Positions 27,241 through 31,613 of a stretch of 31,613 nucleotides of DNA are shown here, piece after piece. Every line of letters begins with the position of its first letter. Position 1 is the stretch's first letter. The stretch spans positions 1 through 31,613 of the forward strand of contig JAQCMZ010000385.1 in the NCBI GenBank assembly GCA_028274825.1, given 5' to 3'. The notes beneath the pieces are model-generated. The model worked only from the letters and a program-made list of their open reading frames with translations. It was not told the origin of the DNA and did no database searches. Both the position numbers and the translations under genes were made by a program. This stretch comes from Haloferacaceae archaeon. GTDB lineage: Archaea; Halobacteriota; Halobacteria; Halobacteriales; Haloferacaceae.

Positions 27241-27624
27241 ATGAAAGAATACAAAATGCGTCGGGGAGAGTATCTCGACGATCGGGTACCGGATCTGAAA
27301 GGACTCATCGAGGAGCACTTCGGCAGTGTGAACGGGACAGAAGATGTGAGCGGACACCAACTGTACGTCATCCCAGATCCAGATAACCCAGTTTTCGAGC
27401 GCATCTTGGCCGGGAAATCCGAATACGACGGAAAAAAAGACAGACTCATGGTCCAGTTTGAGGAGCGCGATGCTGAAGACGTGATTGCTGATGGCGACGC
27501 TGACGCAGCCGCCGAGGCAGTAGATCTCAAGAATGGCTTCCTGAAGCAAGTGACTGACCGAGACGCGAAATCGCGACGTGATTCGATGAAACGAGCTGTC
27601 GAAGACGAGGCCCCGGACTTCTGA
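27241..27624 (+). CDS. Conserved archaeal hypothetical protein (DUF5611-like)
   Basis: MKEYKMRRGEYL...AVDLKNGFLKQVTDRDAKSRR. GAAAGCGGTTTACC (BRE/TATA) lies 28 nt upstream of ATG 27241. Confidence 0.8.
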   Translation: MKEYKMRRGEYLDDRVPDLKGLIEEHFGSVNGTEDVSGHQLYVIPDPDNPVFERILAGKSEYDGKKDRLMVQFEERDAEDVIADGDADAAAEAVDLKNGFLKQVTDRDAKSRRDSMKRAVEDEAPDF

Positions 27625-28076
27625 ATCACGGCCGAGACTTTTTTCACTGCCGTCAAGACCGGGCACAGTCTAGCTTCAGTAGTGACTGGCATCATGATCA
27701 GCCTCGATACACGAACCTGCACAATCTGAATATGGAACACCCGCATGCGCGTTCAGGCCTGAGTACTGCCGATTGAATCATCGACAATTGTTGACAAACT
27801 CCGGTTGAGCGCCCGGGAGTGTGCTCCGAGACAATCTGCCGACACCTCTCGCCGAAGTTTCGCCCACTTTACCGTCACACGCTGGCGAGCCCCCGATCTA
27901 CCGACCTATTTCGGTTACTCCGTCACAGCCTTCTCGTGACAGCGAGGAAATCCCGCCACTCACGATGGCCGACAATATCTAACCCTCATCGTTTGCAGAG
28001 CGAACGGACCCGCCTCCGGCGATACCGGTCGAACAGCCCGCGACACCCTCAAACCAGTCGATCCCTGATAGATTGT

Positions 28077-29585
28077 ATGCGTCGACGTGACCTGCTCCAG
28101 ACCGGGGCTGGTGTCGGGCTCGGAATCGGGACTGGAGTCGGAGCGGTTCCGATTGGCTCGGCCACCCGTGTGACCCGCGGGTCACACAGCGAGACCACAG
28201 AGCCGTACGAGCCCCTCGCTAGACTGGAGCTTGACGCCGCCTTCGAGGCAGTCATGGGTGAAGACGGACAGTTCACGTATCTCGCGACCGGCGACGGGTT
28301 CGTGAGTGTTGATGTTTCAGACCCCGCTGACCCGCGTATTCTCACACGGGTGCGTGATGTTCTCGCCAACCGAGACGGCGGGCCGCTCCACCTCGTTTGG
28401 GACCTGAGCGTGGATGGCGATGAGCTCATCCTCGTGGGACCGGCACACCGCCGTGATGGGGCTTTCCGGGCAGTCGCACAGTTTGACATCTCAGACCCAG
28501 CGGCACCAGTATTCACTCGTGCGGTCGAAACCGACTATACAATTCATAACGGTCATCTCGCGGACGGGTACGCGTACCTCACGGCCACCGATGGCCGCCA
28601 GAATCCACTGGTGATCGTTGACTTACAGTCGGGATCAGAGATTGCCCGCTGGTCGGTGCGCGACTACGATGACCGCTGGAGCGAGGTCGATCCATCGCTG
28701 TATCCGATCCACGATGTGCACGTAACTGGCGATATCGCATACGTCTCCTACTGGGACGCAGGGGTGCAGTTGGTAGATATCTCAGACCCCACCGCACCGA
28801 CTCACCTGTCGACAGTCGGCGGGCAAGATCCCGCAGACCTCAGAGGACTCGCCAAAACGGCGGTGAATCTGCAGGCGACGACACCGCCGGGGAACGCACA
28901 CTACGCAGCCCCCGGTGAACAGGGGGAGCTATTGGCAGTCAACCACGAAGCGTGGGCGGCGACTGATGGCTCTGATCTCGTGGGCGCTCCCGGTGGAATC
29001 GATTTATTCGATATTTCAGACCCCCAATCCCCCCGGCATCACGCAACTATCGACCCGCCAGAGTCATCCGATCCTACACGCCAGGGCGTCTGGACCAGTT
29101 CACACAACTTCGAACTCCGGGGAGACAGACTCTATTCGTCGTGGTACGAGGGCGGTGTGCGAGTGTACGATATTGCGTCGCCAGACTCACCACAGCAGAT
29201 TGCCGATTGGCGGGACCCGGAGACGGCGAGTTTCTGGACTGCACGAGCCGGTGTTACTGATGAATTCTACATAGCCAGCAGTACGGGCTACCGCGCGGAG
29301 CCAGCCCTGTTCGTCTTTCCGGATCGGGCAGGCGAACAGCCCAATCAGCCGTCGTTGATTGCGTCGACAGGCGGGACCACTGACAATGATCGCACCGCTG
29401 AGGAAAACGCCGAGTCGGGTGCCCCATCGTCAGTAGCGACGGACGGGTCTCCTCCCGACGATGCGACGGTATCAGACGACAGTGTCTCCGACTCAGCGCT
29501 TGGGTTTGGGGTCGGGACTGGGGTTGCCGCCCTCGGTGGGGCCGTGTGGTGGCTCCGAACTCGACTCGGAACTGACGATACGTAG
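28077..29585 (+). CDS. Tat-exported LVIVD-repeat (beta-propeller) cell-surface protein with C-terminal TM anchor
   Basis: MRRRDLLQTGAG twin-arginine signal. Repeats DVSDP, DISDP, LVIVD and YDIASP, then a Ser/Thr/Asp linker and LGFG + TM + basic tail. The upstream extension to 27819 looks non-coding. Confidence 0.82.
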   Translation: MRRRDLLQTGAGVGLGIGTGVGAVPIGSATRVTRGSHSETTEPYEPLARLELDAAFEAVMGEDGQFTYLATGDGFVSVDVSDPADPRILTRVRDVLANRDGGPLHLVWDLSVDGDELILVGPAHRRDGAFRAVAQFDISDPAAPVFTRAVETDYTIHNGHLADGYAYLTATDGRQNPLVIVDLQSGSEIARWSVRDYDDRWSEVDPSLYPIHDVHVTGDIAYVSYWDAGVQLVDISDPTAPTHLSTVGGQDPADLRGLAKTAVNLQATTPPGNAHYAAPGEQGELLAVNHEAWAATDGSDLVGAPGGIDLFDISDPQSPRHHATIDPPESSDPTRQGVWTSSHNFELRGDRLYSSWYEGGVRVYDIASPDSPQQIADWRDPETASFWTARAGVTDEFYIASSTGYRAEPALFVFPDRAGEQPNQPSLIASTGGTTDNDRTAEENAESGAPSSVATDGSPPDDATVSDDSVSDSALGFGVGTGVAALGGAVWWLRTRLGTDDT

Positions 29586-29652
29586 TCAATACTGGTTACA
29601 CACCCTCATCTGAAACGCAAGGTATCCAAAGGGTGGGCTGTAATAATAAGTA

Positions 29653-29979
29653 ATGAGTAACGAAACCCTGAAAGAACGAGTAGAGCAGTGGATGGTCGGA
29701 CAGATGCCGATTATTCAGATGCACGGGGGAACGAGTGCTGTACGTGAGGCTGATCCGGATACTGGCGAGGTCGTCGTCGAACTCGGCGGGACGTGTTCTG
29801 GATGCGGAATCTCTGATGTCACTGCGAGCAATATCCAACGCGATCTCATCTTGGAATTCGACGATATCCAAGACGTTCACGTCAAGGTTCCATCGACCGG
29901 TGGACAGGGATCCGCTACTGTCGAGGGTGGCCGTGGCGGTGACCTCAAACACGAGACGGAATCGAGTAACCACTTCTGA
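29653..29979 (+). CDS. NifU/NfuA C-terminal domain Fe-S scaffold protein
   Basis: [22 protein letters not shown] (CxxC), IQDVHV. Confidence 0.85.
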   Translation: MSNETLKERVEQWMVGQMPIIQMHGGTSAVREADPDTGEVVVELGGTCSGCGISDVTASNIQRDLILEFDDIQDVHVKVPSTGGQGSATVEGGRGGDLKHETESSNHF

Positions 29980-30238
29980 ATTGTTCAACTCTGTGCGTCT
30001 GTTGGCCCACCCGGATTCCTTTTGCTGGCTTTCAATTACCCGAACTAACCAGTGCCTTCCGTAATTGGCTGATTTCGGTGGCCCCCGAAATCTGTCTGCC
30101 GTCTCAGTTAGAATCCGACCGAATTATCCGGGCAATACTCAGGCTCCTCGAGCCCGGTGATCTGTGGACGACACTGAATAGATACGACGGTTCAGACGTG
30201 ATAGATCAATATCCGAAGTGGTCGGGCGCCGAGCCGTG

Positions 30239-31360
30239 TCAGGAGAACAATCGCTTCAGTTGATCACGCGAAAACAGCGTCGAGGGGCGATCCATGTGTA
30301 CCCCAATCTCCCCGGAAAGAGAGCGAAGCCCGAGCCGTTGGACAGGCTTCGGCAGAGAGTAACACCGCCGCACCCAGCGGCCGAGCCGAATCTCTTCTGC
30401 CAACTCGTCTCGCCACCCGGACTCGTACTCCGCGAGCGTGGCTGGACGGTCAGGATCGATCCGCTCGGCAGCAATGTCAGCGGCCGTCATTCCGTAGAGA
30501 ATCCCACCGCCGGTGAATGGCTTCGTCTGGGCGGCTGCATCACCAATCAGGAACGTCCGGTGACCGGTCACCTGCGATGGAGGGCCAACCGGGATGAGTC
30601 CCGAACAAGTGTTACTGGTCGAAACCTCGTATTCGTCAGTCAGTTGATCGAACATCTCGGACACCGCCGTTCCTGGCGGCGCGCCAAGCCCGTATTCGAC
30701 CCCTGCGTCTCCTCGGGGGATCCGCCATGCGAAAAACTCCGGCGCAGTCAGGTGGACATCAACCCGGTCGCCGTGATCGGGGTCGGGATCGAACGCAAGC
30801 ACACCGTGCAGGAATTCGTCTGGGCTTGGAAGGTCGACCTCCTGACGTACCCGAGAATTCGGCCCGTCACAGCCAGCCACCATTCGCGCCTCTATTTCAA
30901 CGGTATCGGTCGGGTTGTCGGCCCCAGACCCGGCTATCGAGTCGGCATCGTCTGCCACGGCCACTTCCAGGCGCACACACTCGTCGCCGTCGTCGACATC
31001 CGTCACCGTATGCCCCTCTCGAACGTCCGCTCCGGCGTCACGAGCACAATCGGCCAGCGTTCGGTCGAGTTCCACCCGGTCGATCACGTTCGAGATTTCT
31101 CGTTGCTTGTAGAATGGATACGACCGAGAGTCCGGACCGTCGATGTGGAATCTGGCCCCGTAGATCCGGTTCTGAAAGAGTCGTTGTGTAGCCGTCTCGG
31201 GGACGTACTCCCAGATATCGGTCGAAACGTGGCCCGAACAGGCTAACGGCTCTCCGAGTCGGCCCTTCTCCAGCGCAAGCACGTCGTAGCCTGCTTCCGC
31301 TGCTCGTCTTGCGAACCGCGCTCCTGGCGGCCCAACACCGACCACGACGAAATCATACAT
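30239..31360 (-). CDS. Geranylgeranyl reductase-family FAD-dependent oxidoreductase
   Basis: MYDFVVVGVGPPG Rossmann motif, LACSGHVS, IDRVELDRTLA, GCDGPNS, LIGDAAAQTKPFTGGGI. Start at ATG 31360. Confidence 0.88.
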   Translation of the reverse strand: MYDFVVVGVGPPGARFARRAAEAGYDVLALEKGRLGEPLACSGHVSTDIWEYVPETATQRLFQNRIYGARFHIDGPDSRSYPFYKQREISNVIDRVELDRTLADCARDAGADVREGHTVTDVDDGDECVRLEVAVADDADSIAGSGADNPTDTVEIEARMVAGCDGPNSRVRQEVDLPSPDEFLHGVLAFDPDPDHGDRVDVHLTAPEFFAWRIPRGDAGVEYGLGAPPGTAVSEMFDQLTDEYEVSTSNTCSGLIPVGPPSQVTGHRTFLIGDAAAQTKPFTGGGILYGMTAADIAAERIDPDRPATLAEYESGWRDELAEEIRLGRWVRRCYSLPKPVQRLGLRSLSGEIGVHMDRPSTLFSRDQLKRLFS

Positions 31361-31403
31361 ACACATATCCAGTATCTGCTGATATAATAGTGATTGGAAC
31401 TGT

Positions 31404-31613
31404 GTCAGCTCCCCACCCGTAAACGGGTGGGCTTGTCGGTGGACTCGCAAGTGTCGTGCTCCACAGGCGGACAGCCCCACGCCCATTTCTTTCGAAACCC
31501 GGGCTTTCTCAGGCGGCTTCCAGCAGGGGAGTCAGAGGGACTCGTTCAGTATCCCCAACTTTAAGCCTGACAGACTGCCCGTCTCACCGGCCGCTTCTGG
31601 GCCTGTGAGACGG
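31404..31613 (-). mobile_element. IS200/IS605 3' end (decayed tnpB tail plus right end), continuing beyond the window
   Basis: The minus strand ends AAG-CCCACCCG-TTTA-CGGGTGGG-GAGCTGAC. It contains a TnpB-tail-like ESTDKPTRLRVGS* and an upstream AQKRPVRRAVCQ/LKLGILN broken by a frameshift or stop. Confidence 0.75.

Noticed and set aside
27819-28076. 86-aa N-terminal extension of the LVIVD ORF
   Set aside because: It is Arg/Ser-rich and atypical. The Tat signal begins at ATG 28077.
30218-31246. 342-aa plus-strand ORF
   Set aside because: It is an antisense shadow of the reductase gene, Arg/Pro-rich with no motifs, as expected in GC-rich DNA.
6615-31403. Matches of the six putative guide flanks to other sites in this window
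   Set aside because: I found none by eye. A genome-wide search is needed.

Overview
This is a haloarchaeal (Halobacteria-type) chromosomal window, judged from the acidic proteins, leaderless TATA-driven genes, Tat/PGF-like signals, and the eL15, SepF and FAU-1 genes. It holds about 24 housekeeping or conserved CDS: a liv-type ABC transporter end, APC permease-USP plus USP, DUF2892, SlyD-type PPIase, RNase R/II, PUA protein, EEP hydrolase, DUF1028, SepF, PrsW, FAU-1, eL15, FrnE/DsbA, ThiD-ThiN, YgfZ/GcvT-like protein, LVIVD protein, NifU-C and a geranylgeranyl reductase-like protein. I saw no rRNA, tRNA or CRISPR array. The main unexplained structure is a dispersed set of six IS200/IS605-type right-end (TnpB omegaRNA/sotRNA-like) modules in intergenic gaps. 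Only one still carries a recognisable (5'-truncated) tnpB ORF. Two (20788-20920 and 31404-31613) align with each other, and the first begins 11 nt after the rpl15e stop. Other oddities are a LivG ATPase with a ~65-aa hydrophobic insert, a ThiN domain lacking its usual conserved motifs, a Tat protein with LGF in place of PGF, a possible 17-aa Cys-rich micro-ORF behind a strong TATA box, perfect palindromes and short tandem repeats. All family assignments come from motif recognition without database searches.
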